Shown piece after piece: positions 10,523-24,600 of a stretch of 64,000 nt of DNA. The DNA lies in contig NC_058368.1 in assembly GCF_018350175.1 (NCBI RefSeq), positions 210,616,001 to 210,680,000 of the forward strand, read 5' to 3'. The stretch is from Felis catus. Its lineage: Eukaryota. The stretch's first letter is position 1. Every line of letters begins with the position of its first letter. The notes under the pieces were generated by a model, which was not told the origin of the DNA, ran no database searches, and saw only the letters and a list, made by a program, of their open reading frames with translations. The translations under genes were made by a program, and so were the position numbers.

Positions 10523-13500
10523 TCATTCAGACTATTTATTAAACAGAGAAAGCATAGAATGCTTTTCTTTAATTTTCCTACTGTAATAAGTTACATGCCC
10601 TTTGTGTATAATAGGTAGAGTCCTGAAGAACTCAGAGAACATACCTTTTAGCTAGATTTGGGATTCCAGGAAGGGGGGGGGTGGCATTGGAAGAGTGTGG
10701 GCACCCTTTATTCGATTTTTGTTTTTTTGTTTTCTTGGTAGAAGTCCTCTCCCAGAAGTTCCAGTTTCCTCTCTTTTTCCCAGTCAGTGAGGACAAAGAT
10801 TTTCCTGGGCAAATTCAGGCTGAGAATCTTTACTACTAATCTTCATTATCTGGACTCATCTCTTAGGACCAGAAATTTGATTTCCATCCTTGACAGAAAT
10901 TATAAATTTAGTGGGACAGGCACCAATGCGTTATCTCTTTCAGCACTCTTGGGAAACAAACTGTTTCAAGGGCAAAAGCACTTCTCAGAGTCAGTTTTTA
11001 TATGAAGCTTATAAAACAGCCATTAACAGTTAGTAATTTGTCCTAAGTGAGAAAGATTTAAAAGTCACTCACCTTGTGACTGAAGACTGAAGGACAATAA
11101 AGTGAAACAACAACAGCTACAATAGTAATAATAAGCAGTATTATGTTGCTATGGAAATATCCTGGGAAAAATCTGATATTTGAAAAAATACTCAGAAAGT
11201 TCCAAAATGTGTTCTGTGAAATCTGTATAAGTTCCCCCCATCCCTGTCACTTATCTAATCCTTAATTAACAGATATTACCCATGAGATGGGAAACAATCT
11301 TGAGCACCTACATGCTGGGAAAAAGAAATCGAGGCCAGCTTAGTGGAATGACTGGGGACCCTCAAGGACTATAGGGCATAAAAGGAAGAACAAAAACACC
11401 CAAGGCTGTCAAGTAGGTGAGGGTGGCAGTAGGGAGCCCTAATCTTGCTCTAGTCTTAAATGAATTGTCTTTAGCATTTTGCCAGTGTGTGCTGAGTCAG
11501 TCCCTAGGGCCCTAAGGGGGAGTCCCAGCATCACGAAGTTTCATTTCCAGGAGCACAGCATTTTCCTTGTTGTGGCTCTTCTTTCATTTCCCTTTCCTCC
11601 TTACCCTGCATCTTCAGCCCCCGGCCTTGCTGTCATGTCATGCAACGAGTTCCTTCTGGGCAGAGTTTGAAGAGCTACTTTCGCCTTGACAAGATTTTAG
11701 TCTCTGTCTTTGAACGCAACAAAAATGGAGTCTTTGCTAATTTTTCACTCTTTGCTCATTTCTGCTAGACAGAGAGGGTTTTGATGTCAATACATGCTCA
11801 AACTTTGCTCAAAGCGTGAACCAGAATTCCAGTCCTTGAGGAAAGTGGTATGCCTTTTGGCAATGGCTCCAGGTCTGGTTGCTTTTGCCGACAGCTGGAA
11901 CACAGCGTGGGTATCTCTGTCCCTTCAGACCCTTACCAACAAAGAGTTCAGACCAGGCCCATTTTCTCTGATCTCAGGTCTCTGATCCCAAGAGGCTTTA
12001 AAGAACAGTAAAACTCCAGAGCTAGGGTTCCAAATTTGGGTACTCCATGCATCTCCTGAAACTCCAAACAATACGTGGAGATAAAAGATTTTTCTTTTCT
12101 TAGAACCTCAGATGGGACTGTGACAAAAATATTTAAATTCCAATACATTGACTGGGAGGAGACACCATGATAAAGCACCTGAGCTGTCCTCATGGGGACC
12201 ACGGACCATACAAGACCTGAGCAGCTGTGTCTGAGACTCTTGATTTGAGTTTCCTGGTTAGTTCTCTTAATTCTTGGCAGGTGACGGGAGTTTATGTCCG
12301 ACACGATACAACTCAAGCATCAAGTATTTGTGCTGGTCACCACCTTCCCTACTCTGGGCAGATGAGAAAAGGCTGTCCTTTCTTATTCTACTAACACTGA
12401 CTGGAAGGAGGCTGGCCTTACTCCCGAGGAGGCTTCTCATCATTTTCTTCTGTCTCAGCACTGTGTGTGCACTTTCTAAAGCAACTCTCTTCCTCCCTAC
12501 AAACAGCATAGTCTATTTCTTGACTTTAGCCAGGTTGTGTGCTTTCTCTGGCTGAACTGTGTTCCACTACTAGAAGCAGAAAGGAGGGCATTTATTTTGG
12601 GTAAATGCAAAGTAATAAAGGTGGTGGCAGCAGGCAGGGAATTTTAAATTTGTACAGTGTACATCTTGTACTTGTGTTTTCACTGAAAGGACTCATCTTT
12701 TTTCCAGTTTATCATGGGAAGCTGGGTTTTGCCTGCACTGGTTATTTTACAATGTCTTTCAGCAAGGCAAAATCTTATTTTAAGTAAAGTCTCAGATCGT
12801 TCTGGGCAGTGCTGTGTGCCCAAGTTTTCAGAGGTCCTTCATCAAGGCCTTAGGGGTAACAGAGGATGTAGGCAGGAAAGGAGGAAGCTGAACCAGCATG
12901 CTGTAAGTCTATCTCCAGCATGGTGATGTTTGGGAAATATGAATCATTGCTCCCTCCCTACTCCTACCCATGGGTTTTCCTTTCCTGTTTTGCTCTTCTC
13001 ATGCCCCACTCCTCACACATTCTGAACTTTTCACTCAGGAGAGAAAGGTGGCAGTTGAAAACATTTAAAAAGAGAGTTCTTTCCTGGCTTTTGAATTCAA
13101 AAGCCAGAGACTCGAAGAGAAGAGTGGGGGTATATAGGGTCACAAAGGAGAGGATTCTCAACTCCTTTGCCCCCTCAAATATCACTTCCTCTATCCCTCA
13201 GACTAAACAAGTGTCCACTTTGAGGGAGAAAAAATGGAGAGAAGGGGCAGGGAAAGAGGGAATGTTCCCAGGCTGACAGGGACCAAGTGGGAGAGCTCAG
13301 GTGGAAAAGAATGGAACCCACAACTGCAAACCATACGCCAACACCTGGGATCTCCTTGCAAAGTGAGTCAGATTCCCTTCTCTTCACTCTGGGGGACCCT
13401 ACACAATGCCATAATTCAGAGCTCCACCAGCCATCCTTCTCGCAGGAAATGGCAAGGGCTTCACTTCACCACAGACATCAATTTCTGCTCCAACTTCCCA

Positions 13501-15379
13501 ACAAGGACAAGGTTCTAACACAGTCTGGCTTTCTCCCCATCAAAGTGTCAGGTAATTCTTAAGTCCTGGAGGAGAACGGCCATTCAGATGGGGCTGGAAA
13601 TAGGGAAAAGAAATCCTTCTCCTTGTTCCCCCACTATGGACAGACAGTACTTGAGGGACTGAAGGAAACAATGTGAGAATACTCAGAGCCAGGAGAATAG
13701 TAACATTCCTACTGCTTAAAACCTATTTTATAGTGTAGTTTTCTGTGTTAGATTTTGTTTGGAAAATGAATGAGGTCCACGCCTTAAAAATTTTAAATCT
13801 CTAGATTCTATTCAAGAGGGCATGGATTTGGAATCACACCTGGGCTGCTATTCAACTCTGGCTAGTGCCTCTCATCAGCAAAATGGGGGAATGATATTTA
13901 ATTCTGAGGACCATTCTGTGGTTGAAGTACATGCTTCAGTGACTGTCACATAGGTATTTAGTGCCTGCAAGTTTTCTCCACCATCTGCATTCATCAAGAG
14001 AGAAACAAAAGTAGCAGATGATGTTGTAAAATGTTACACCACGTATCTCCCCTTTTGTTAACTTTTACCCCATGACCCTCCTCCAACAGGTCTCTACTGC
14101 CCCAAGTGAAAATTATCATACTAGAAAACAGAGACTTCAATTTTTTGGTTTTCAATTTCAAAGGCACACTCTATAACGTGGGAAAAATTTAGAGCAATTT
14201 TTTTTTTTTTTTAGGTAAGACATGTCCTCCTTTCTCTGCATCATCTGAAGCCAATTCAATACACACACCCATTCTCACCCACACCCCTCTCTCCCTCTCT
14301 TTCTCTCATAACTAGATACAGAGCTTGTAACTGAGTGAGGGAAAGGGACAGAAAGTGAGTAGAAAAGAGAGAGCACTCATGACATGGAGCCCAGAATCCT
14401 AAAACCTCCCTACACTAGGATATAAGTCCAAGGTGAAGGAGAAGGTCCCTCAATAGGCTTGGGGGATGCAAGAAAGAAGAGACATGTGCTTCATTTCTCA
14501 CCAACATGCTGAAGTGACCATCCCACAGATGTCCCCAAGCCTCTAGAGCACTGGAGTACAGAGTAGAGATGGCTGCCAAGGGTGGTTGGGCACAAAGTCT
14601 TAAGCTGGTCTCACAAAGTCCCTGCATGCCTCCAGGCCCCACGGAGAAGCCTGATGTTTTTGTTTGTTTGTTTTTCTGCATCCCAGAGAGTTGTGTGGAT
14701 ATGACACCAAGATGCTATGGGTTAGGGGCCACTGTCAACAAATCCCATATGCCGGAGGTGTAGGGGACCAGCTGGAGCCTCAGATGCCTCAGAAGATGCC
14801 TGGGGATGTAACATGTGTGAGGTCTGGATAAAATAGCTTATTTCAGAAGATGCCAGGGAAGAATGAAACACTTTTGGAAGACTATAGGTTCAAGGGCCAT
14901 GCTATTCCTCTGGTGACATGACATCATGAAACCACCACTCGTGTCAAACCCCAGACAAAACTAAAAGTTAACCATGGAAAAAGAATGGGGAAAGAAGAAA
15001 ATCCCAAATTAATTAATGTAGTCGACCCCCAAGAATCACACAATTTTAAAACTGGAATTGGGAGGGGGTTGCTTAGGAGGTTGTTTGTCTGGATTCTTTC
15101 TTACTAGAGAGAAGTAGAGTGAGCCCAAGAGAAGTTTAACTGCGCACAGACTTGGTTTCAGAAGTCATGGCAGTTTTACAGGTAGCTGAGCTAAGATGTT
15201 ACTTAAAATCACTTGGTCTGTGAGAGCCTTTGTAAAAAAAGAGATTCCTGGTACATTCAGTTGAGCCCTGAATACCCAGCCCACTTTGCTGCAACTTGCT
15301 TTTGTCCCTGTCCGTGTGAATATTGCACTATTTTTTCTAGCTGCAAAGAATGCTCAGTTGTGCAAGAAGTGCAATTCCT

Positions 15380-15600
15380 GGGGCTCCTGGATGGCTCAGT
15401 CAGTTGGGCGGCTGACTTTGGTTCAGGTCATGATCTCGCAGTGCATAGGTTCGATCTCTGCATCATGCTCTGTGCTGACAGCTCAGAGCCTAGAGCTGCT
15501 TTGGATTCTGTGTGTGTGTTTCTCTCTGCCCCTCCCTGATTCATGCTCTGTCTCTCTCTCTCTCAAAAATGAATAAACATTAAAAAAAAAAAACTTTAAA
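15380..15600 (+). mobile_element. CAN-SINE
   Basis: SINEC head, body and A tail. Imperfect TSD AAGAAGTGCAATTCCT / AAGAAGTGTGATTCCT. Confidence 0.93.
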
Positions 15601-16129
15601 AAGAAGTGTGATTCCTTATTCCTGTAGCTCAAGTTTGTTTTTACCTTCGGTCCCTATTCTACTGGAGGTGAACAACTTGATCTTGCTAATGCTGAATAAA
15701 ATGCATTTGATTGAATGATGGTTGGGTACCATGCTTAAGTATGGTTTGAGTTTTAGGAGTTGGGTGTATATAAAGAAAGGTAAATATGGAAGGCACTGGA
15801 TTCTTTTAAAACATAGATAAATGCCTAACTTGGCACTTTCTCTGGAAGCAGTCATGGAAACTCACCCACAGCTTGGTTGAAGAATAACGGAATGTTCCTC
15901 ACTACTGACAATCATCTGTATACTCTCTCCTGCTCTGATCCATGCCTGGATAGGCACCTTCTTCATCTGTTTCCATCACCTTCTTACCATTCCCATCCTC
16001 CCGCCAGGCCAGGCTGGTGGCAGCCTCTGACTCTTACTGAAAAGTCTCATTGCTACAGATTGAGTATATTGAAGTTCTCCTCACCATTTCCTTAGGGAGA
16101 ATTATAACATATAAAATTAAAAAAAAAAA

Positions 16130-18750
16130 AGAACCTTATTCTTTTGCATGTATATATCCAGTCATTGGAAAGGCTGTTTGTCAGAAAAGCTATTTCTCAT
16201 TTCATTTGTGTTGGCACTCCTTTCTAGAATCAACTAACCATCAAAACCCTAGAGGAGAAAGCAGGAAAAAACCTCTGACCTCAGCCACAGCAATTTCTTA
16301 CTTGACACATCTCCAAAGGCAAGGAAATTAAAAGAAAAAATGAACTATTGGGATGTCATCAAGATAAAAAGCTTCTGCACTGCAAAGGAAACAATCAACA
16401 AAACTAAAAGGCAACCAACGGAATGGGAAAAGATATTTACAAATGACATATCGGACAAAGGGCTGGTATCCAAAATCTATAAAGAACTCACCAGACTCTA
16501 CATCCAAAAAACAAATAATCCAGTGAAGAAATGGGCAGAAAACATGAATAGACACTTCTCTAAAGAAGACATCCGGATGGCCAACAGGCACATGAAAAGA
16601 TGCTCAATGTCGCTCCTCATCAGGGAAATACAAATCAAAACCACACTCAGATATCACCTCACACCAGTCAGAGTGGCCAAAATGAACAAATCAGGAGACT
16701 ATAGATGCTGAAGAGGATGTGGAGAAACAGGAACCCTCTTGTACTGTTGGTGGGAATGCACACTGGTGCAGCCGCTCTGAAAAACACTGTGGAGGTTCCT
16801 CAAAAAATTAAAAATAGATCTACCCTATGACCCAGCAATAACACTGCTAGGAATTTACCCAAGGGATACAGGAGTGCTGATGCATAGGGGCACTTGTACC
16901 CCAATGTTTATAGCAGCACTGTCAACAATAGCCAAATTATGGAAAGAGCCTAAATGTCCATCAACTGATGAATGGATAAAGAAATTGTGGTTTATATACA
17001 CAATGGAATACTACTTGCAATGAGAAAGAATGAAATATGGCCTTTTGTAGCAATGTGGATGGAACTGGAGAGTGTTATGACAAGTGAAATAAGCCTTACA
17101 GAGAAAGACAGATACCATATGTTTTCACTCTTATGTGGATCCTGAGAAACTTAACAGAAGACCATAGGGGAGGGGAAGGAAAAAAAAAAGTTAGAGAGGG
17201 AGGGAGGCAAACCATAAGAGACTCTTAAAAACTGAGAACAGAGAGTTGATGGGGGGTAGGAGGGAGAGGAGGGTGGGTGATGGGTATTGAGGAGGGCACC
17301 TTTTGGGATGAGCACTGGGTGTTGGATGGAAACCAATTTGACAATAAATTTCGTATTAAAAAATATAAGGTTATTTTTTAGGATCTAAGTTCTCTTCCAT
17401 TCTATATGTCTCTCCTTGTGCCAGTACTACACTGCCTTTATTGCTATAGCTTTGTAGTTAAGTTTTAAAATCAGGAAATGTGAGTTCTCCAACTTTGTTC
17501 TTTTCCACAAGAATGTTTTGGCTATTTTGAGCGTCCCGCATTTCCACGAGTTTTAGGATCAGGTTGCCAATTTCTTCAGATAAGGTAACTGAAATTTGAT
17601 AGGATTACATGAAATCTAAAAATTGATTTGGGGAGTATTGATATATAAACAATATTAAGTCTTCCAATTAATTAATGCAGAGTATTTTCCCATTTTTAAG
17701 GTTTTAACTAATTTCTTCAACAGTGTTTTGTGCATTTCAATATACAAGTCTCACACTCTTTTTTGTTTAACTTATTCCTAAGTATTTAAATCTCTTTGAT
17801 GCTCCTATAAATGGTCTTGTCTTAATTTCCTTTTCATGTTAATTGCTTGGGTATAATAATACAATTGCTTTTAGAATATGTTTCTTATATCCTCATAAAC
17901 TTTCTTCTCTCTTTAAATGTTTACTTATTTTTAAGACAGAGAGAGAGAGCAAGTGGGGGAGAGGCAGAGAGAGGGAGACATAGAATACAAGTTTTTCTTA
18001 ATTCTCTCACCTCAGGTTGAGGAAGTTTCTTCCTATCTCTACTTTGATGAGTATTTTAATCATGAAAAGGTGTTGTATTTTGTCAAATGCTTTTTTGCAT
18101 CTATTGAGGAGATTATGTGTGTTTGTTTTTTAATAGGGTGTATCACTTTTATAATTTTTAAATGTTAAACCAATCATCTATTCCTTGGTCATGACCTTGT
18201 TATGTTACTGGATTCAGTTTTGCTAGTTGAGGATTTTTGCATCCATATTCATACAGGACATTGATCTGTAGTTTTTTCTTGTGATGTCTTTGTTTAGTTT
18301 TGGTATAGGGTAATAGTGGGAATAAGTTGGGAAGTCTCCTAAGCTCTTTAATTTGTTTGCTAGAATTTGTGAAGGATTAGCATTAAACCTTCTCTAAATG
18401 TTTGATAGGATTATCAGTGAAGCCATGTAGGCCTTTTCATTGTTGGAAGTTTTAAAACTATTAATTCAATATCTTTATTTGTTTAGGGTTATTCAGATTT
18501 TCTATTTCTTCTTGAGTTATTTTTGGTAGCCTTTGTCTTCCTAGGAATTTGTTTATCATCTCAGTTAGCTAATTTGTTGGCATACAGCTGTTTATAGTAT
18601 TCCCTTACAATCCTATTCTTGTAGGATCAATAGTGATTTCTCCTCTTTCATTTCTGATTTTAGCACTTTGAATCTTTTTCTTTCTTAGTCAGTCTAGTTA
18701 AAAGTTTATGTAGATTTCGTTGATCTTTTCAAATGTCTGACTTAACCATT
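16130..18750 (-). mobile_element. Old L1 (L1M-type) ORF2 fragment, interrupted by a younger L1 and a SINE fragment (about 17915-17988)
   Basis: T-rich antisense L1 signature (TGTGCCAGTACTACACTG...GAAATGTGAGTTCTCCAACTTTGTTC...GCTTTTTTGCATCTATTGAG) continuous across the insertion at 16236-17363. Confidence 0.8.
16236..17363 (+). mobile_element. 5'-truncated carnivore/felid L1 (ORF2 C-terminus plus 3'UTR)
   Basis: ORF 16340-16711 = L1 ORF2 ([27 protein letters not shown]...LRYHLTPVR) with a premature stop, followed by a G-rich 3'UTR, AATAAA and a short A tail. Confidence 0.95.
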
Positions 18751-19239
18751 TTTAAGAAAATCATTGGAGAGAAAAGGAGAGGGCAATATCTTTTGAGACT
18801 ATCCCTTATAGTCCCATATCTGATTAGGGAAAGTATTACTAACAAAGAAGTCATACTTTAGTATTATAGTATGATTAGCTAGAATCACAGCACAAATACA
18901 GGAAGAGATGAATCATAGTTCAGATGATGTGATTTAAAGAATTGTATGTTGCTTGTGGGATTCCAGTGAGACTTATTGAAAAATCTCTTATTTCACATTA
19001 AGTGATAAGCTCACAGATGTGCACAGGGACATAAATCTCTTTCTTTGAAACTGCATTTTATCTCATGGTAGCTATAAGTGTTGTGGAAAGCATTTTTTGA
19101 CTAATAGGACACTGAGGTGGTCTCTTCAGGTCTGAGAAACTGGAAAAGATTAATGTGTGGCTTAATGAATGGTGGTTAGATGTGTAGAGTTTGGCTCCTT
19201 TCAAGGTATATCATCTTTAAGTTGGGTTCTTTGGGGCAG

Positions 19240-19415
19240 ATTGGTATAGCAGTTAAGAGGATGGGTTTGGAATCTTTACAGATCTGCATTGTTAAAAATA
19301 GCAGTGTGACCCTAGAGAGGTTATTCAACAACTAAAAGTCTGAGTTTCCTACTGAATAGATTGTTGTCATAATTAAATGAGATAAAGCATCTAGATGTTC
19401 AGCACGTATTAGTGG
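19240..19415 (+). mobile_element. MIR followed by (GAT)n low-complexity tract to about 19461
   Basis: GCAGTTAAGAG...GTGTGACCCT...AATTAAATGAGATAA MIR-like core. Confidence 0.65.
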
Positions 19416-20660
19416 TGATGGTGGTGCTGACGATGATGATGATGACAGTGATGATGATGATACAGGGTAGTGAACCCCATGCATATGCACTTACTCACTT
19501 GGCTCTTTCGGGAGATGTTGCCAATTTCAAGCCTATCACCTTCCCTGACTGAACTGCAGCCCTTCAGTCGACTGCTTTTTGCCCGTAGCTTTCCTACTAT
19601 GAGCTTTATTTTGCTGTCCTACCTGGGCTTTTTTCCACTCACCATTCAGAACTTTCAGACTTTTCTTTGGATCAGAGTACTCATAATTCCTTCTTCCCCC
19701 CACCCCCCATTATGGTCATATCAATTCCTAATTATCTGCTGGTATTCATAAAGGACTCTTACTTTGCATCATTCGTTCCCTCAATTGATTCCTAAACAAA
19801 CATTTCTTGTAATTGTAAAACATCTACCTAGAAAGTTGAGGGAAAGGGGTAGTTTCTTTTTTCAGTGTTAATCAGAGAAAGACTGAAAGTGATGCCTTAT
19901 GACTAACTTTTGAAGAAATGAGAAATGAAAAGAATTCATGCTGATGAAGTCTTTGTCTGAAGTTGGTGGGTTAGCATTAAGTACAGACTGCCAACATTTT
20001 TTTTCATTATCTTGACTAAAAATTTCATTTCCCAAGTGATGAAATTAAAAATTTCCAGGTTACAATAACTTTAAACACTGCAAAATATACTTTTGGATCC
20101 ATTTTTCATTTCATTTGGGAATGTGAAACACAGTGATGAATTATCATCTTGATGACCAAATAGGAGAAAAAATGCTATGCTGCAGTGAACCAAAATCAAT
20201 GGGAATGCAGAGGGGGGGCAGGGAGGAAAACCACAACTTATATCTATGGACAAGGAAATGACCATGAAAAACATTTATAATAATAATAATAATTATTATT
20301 AATTTATTTTTTTTTTGCTAAGTGAAGGACAAATAAAAATTCACATAAAGTAAGGAGGAAAGATAGATGTAAGGAATATTTGTCTACCATAAATTTGGAC
20401 TAAATGCAGACTGTAGTGAGGACTGCTTCCTTCATAACCTCCTTCCATCAGTAAGGGGAGTTTTTTAAATCATTCTAGGGAGTGGGAAGCTTTGTTTCTT
20501 CTTTGATAGATACTTATCTCTTCCATCCTCCACCTCCTTACCTATCTCCTGTTGGGACACAATGCTCAAGGTCTGCATCTACACAGCAACAGAATAGGAG
20601 GCTGCAAGGGGAAAGTCTCAATACACTGTGTGACTGACCTCCAAAGATTAATTTGCCTGG

Positions 20661-20828
20661 TTTTATATTTTATTTTATTTTATTTTATTATTTTATTTAT
20701 GAGAGAAAGAGGGTGCACAAGGGAGGGACAGAGGGAGAGGGAGAGGAAATTCTAAGCAGGCTGTGCGATCATGACCTGAGCTGAAGTCAAGAGTCAGACA
20801 TTTAACAACTGAGCCACCCAGGTGCCCC
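20661..20828 (-). mobile_element. CAN-SINE with internal deletion and (ATTTT)n tail
   Basis: Reverse SINEC ending GAGCCACCCAGGTGCCCC. Confidence 0.88.
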
Positions 20829-21486
20829 AGCCTTTATTTTAAATTGCCTGACTCTGAGGATTTAATAGAATGAGTCTAGGTTTGCATGGAATCAAAAGAG
20901 GAAGCCAAGTAACAGAATCAACTTTTGGTGCAGAAGACAACAGAGACAACAGATCTGAGGGCCCAGCCAGCAATAATAGCCACCATTTGCTGAATGGTTC
21001 TAGACCAGGTTCCTGCTAAATGCTTTAAGGCTCTTATCTTTGCAAAACATTATTATATGCATTTCTAAAATTAGAAACCCGAGACTCAGAGGAGTGGCTT
21101 GCACAGCTTCTCTCCACCAACCTACAACTCCTCTCTGATGTGATCTGTGCCTCTCTAAATCTGCTGAATAAAGAAAGCTTGAAAATTAAATTAATTCATG
21201 TAGTAGTTTAGACTCATTTTCTTTTGCTGAGGTCAACAAACATCAAGAATTGCTACTCATGGGTTTTCAGAAAAACCTTTACAAACATGAAGAATGTTAC
21301 TAAAATGCATGCAAATCTTAAATCCATCATGTTTTTATTGCTGCACTATCTCCCAGCCCTTTGGCTATCTGAAATGCTTCTTCAGATGTCTCTCTCTGTT
21401 TTTCTGCTCCTGATAGTTAAGATCAATTCTCAGTGAAAGCAAGCTGTAGTCCTAAACACGCTGTTGTTGTTGTTGTTGCTGCTGCT

Positions 21487-21662
21487 TTTATTTATTTTTG
21501 AGAGGCAGAGAATGAGAGAGAGGGACAGAGAGAGAGGGAGACAGGTTCTGCACAGTCAGCGCAGAGCCCAATTCAGGGCTTGAACTCATGAACTGTGAGA
21601 TCATGATCTGGACCAAAATCTGGAAACGGTCACTTAATGGACTGAGTCACCCGGGTGCACCT
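21487..21662 (-). mobile_element. CAN-SINE
   Basis: Reverse SINEC body with (TGT)n/(TGC)n next to the tail. Confidence 0.87.
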
Positions 21663-24600
21663 GAAACGTGTTTTTGTCCTTTTTTTCCTTTTCTGGTCCC
21701 TTCCCTGTGTTTGTTGCAGATAACAGACAATTGGCTTTCTTTCTGGGTGGCTACCGCAATTCCTGTCCTTGTTATCTCACAGTTACTATGTTGAGCAATA
21801 TCTTAACCATTGCAGGCAAGCATCTGAATGTTTCCCAATGATTTACCAACATGCTTGCTGAACAACAACCAAAAGGTGTTCAGGTAGGAAATTTTAGAGA
21901 GATTAGGTTTTCCTGTTTACATAGTTTAGGCAATAGTTCTATCTTGACATGCTGACTTTTGTTTTGGTAATGCACCAGACGTGGATTTTATTTTAGTCAC
22001 CTAGAAGTACTGGTGCGCTATGAGACAGTTCAAATGAGTAGGATTTGATCTTTTTTTTCCCCAGGCAATAGAAACACAATAAAAATCATGACCCTATTTT
22101 GAATTGAAGTTGAAAGGATCCTCCCCACACTCTTCTTCTGCTTGGTTTCTGACGCCCAATATAAACCCTTTATATCTATTGACCTGTTACCTTTTTGAGC
22201 TGTTGGCCAACTTATGGTCTCAGTCAGCATTTTAGGCCAGAAGCATGTTGATATAAAATTTTGCTTACGGATACAAATTGTTCTTGAACAAATTGTGGGA
22301 ACAAAGGGCTTTGTTTAATCTGACACTCTGTTTGTGGTTTATAGGTGTTAAAAACATTTTCCCCAATAAGGGAACACCCAAAATACATGTCATTAGCACT
22401 TTGGCAATTGTAAAATAAAAATGAATGGATGGATTGTTTCTGTGGGTAATTCTGGAACTTAAAAACATTAGACCCTCCAAAAGCTTATCTACTACCATTT
22501 TGAGTTGTATTTCCATGTGTCCAGAGTAAAGAATATTTTAGGTTCAGTAGTATTCACTATCAAAAATGTGATATCTAGGCAATGTTTTACATGGTACTCA
22601 AAAAAAAAAAAAAAAAAAAGGAAGGAAAGAAAAAGAAAGCAAGAAAAGAAAAAAAAATTTCCCAGATAATTTGATCAAGTCCTGAAGACAGCTTTTTATT
22701 TCAGAGATTTAAAAATTTTTATTCAGAGATGAGTCATTATTCTAGTAAGATGAATTAAGCTGGTCACTGAAAAGAAGGTAAGAATTGACTAAACAAGCAG
22801 TTTTGTTCTTAAGGATGATTCTTAATGAATTAAGAATCCTCAAGGAGTAGAAAAGAAGAACACAGAAAAAGATGTTACTATCTGAATAACAGAATAGAAT
22901 AGGATTTTGTAGTAGTATTTTTGGTAATTTGCTCCAAATCTGATTGAAGAGGAAATTTCATAATGATTTTAATTCATGTTCCCTCTCAGTTAGTGTTGCA
23001 GAGAAGGCTTATATAATTGGAAATAGGTCAGCCAGTGTTAGTGAGTGATTTACAATTGTGGAGCACATGCTCAGCAAAGTAATTCAGGTCAGTGTCCTGC
23101 TAAGCACGATCCCACTTGTGTAAGGAGCTCAGCTCTCACAATGCACATCTATGTGTCATGTGAACACAAGGAGGAAAAAAGTGGAGGTCACATTGACTTC
23201 TTTCCAAAGTGATGAAATAGAGTTGCAATCCATTCAGTGGGTTTGGGTATAATTAGACTAGCCAGTTGGACTTCAGGCTGGGATAGAAACCAATAGACAA
23301 TAACTGCTTAAAATTGCCTTTAAAGCAGTATATCATTACTGTGGCATCAAATACTTCAAAAGTCTAGTGAATTAGGTAACCTAGAGAGATGCTTAATTAG
23401 GTGCTATAAATAAAACGCTTCCTTAGGGCAATGCATGGTTAAAAAAAAACACAAAAAAGCTGAGAGGGTATAATAAAGACAACTTACTTGGCAAGTACTT
23501 ACAATTGCTTTAGAACCAACAACATTGATGTGTGAATTTGATATTCTTATTTACTGAAATTCACCAAATCTAGATGACATCAGTTGTAAGGTTCATTCCA
23601 ATTTCAGAGATGTTAGCTGATAGGGAAAAAAAGTCCATCTTATGAAAAATGTCCTTTGATCAGGAGGCACTTTTGTCATCCTGGCCCCTGTAAACACCTG
23701 TCTTTGATATTGTAAACAATAGAATTATACTGCTTGGAGAATGCTACTTTGCTTATTCTTGTCCTTAATTCAGAAAGGATTCCTTATGAGATCATACAAA
23801 TTGTATGGACCATGCTATGAAGCTGAGTCAGGGGCGATCAAAAGTTGCAAAGCACATGACTTGTGTATAAAGTATTATGCCTCACCAGTGGGGGGATGGG
23901 TCCCTCCCAGTCCATGGATCACTCTCTTTCCTTCTGTAATACTGATTGGCTACATTTCCAGGAACCAGCAACAGATCTAGAACCCTGAGTTTCCAATCAA
24001 CTTTAACATCTTAAGGTTGGGGAAGAGACAAAGTGGGACTGTCTCCCTGGTGTCTTCTTAACCCATAGAGGTTAATGCCTTGTCAGGGAGGGGACCTGGA
24101 CACTTACTGCTCAGTGGGAGTTCAGTGTTTGGTTGGAATGAGAAATTATAATGGATCAGATGCTCTGGTTCTCCTAATTGCCTCTGTGATGGCCTCCACC
24201 ATTTTATTCATATAAGCTTGGGGACTCCTTGTCTACTTGGTGATTGGCATTTAGTTCCCACAGATGGAGGTGAGAGGGACACTGAGCTAGAAAGACTAAA
24301 TGTTTATACCTGTTTGGGACATGTAGACCTTAGAACACCAACTTTTTCAGACTATTCTTAACAAACCATAATAAGTACACAGTACATTACCTGTCAACAC
24401 TATTCTGAAAAAGTTAATGCATATGGATAAGAAAGACGAGTCAAGTAAGACTGTCTTTGTCTTATTCCATGGCTAGAGCTTTCCTTTAGGAAGGAAATTT
24501 TTTAGGAAGGAAGCAGAGAGCCAATGTTTTGGATGTCTATATGACTAGATGTCTTAGCACCTTTCAATTTACCATTTTGTGTAATAAAATAAACATTTTG

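Noticed and set aside
14177..14184. Perfect RBPJ site CGTGGGAA
   Set aside because: Isolated 8-mer with no paired site or supporting cluster. Cannot be distinguished from chance.
16340..16711. 123-aa ORF as a host gene
   Set aside because: It is the L1 ORF2 C-terminal fragment.
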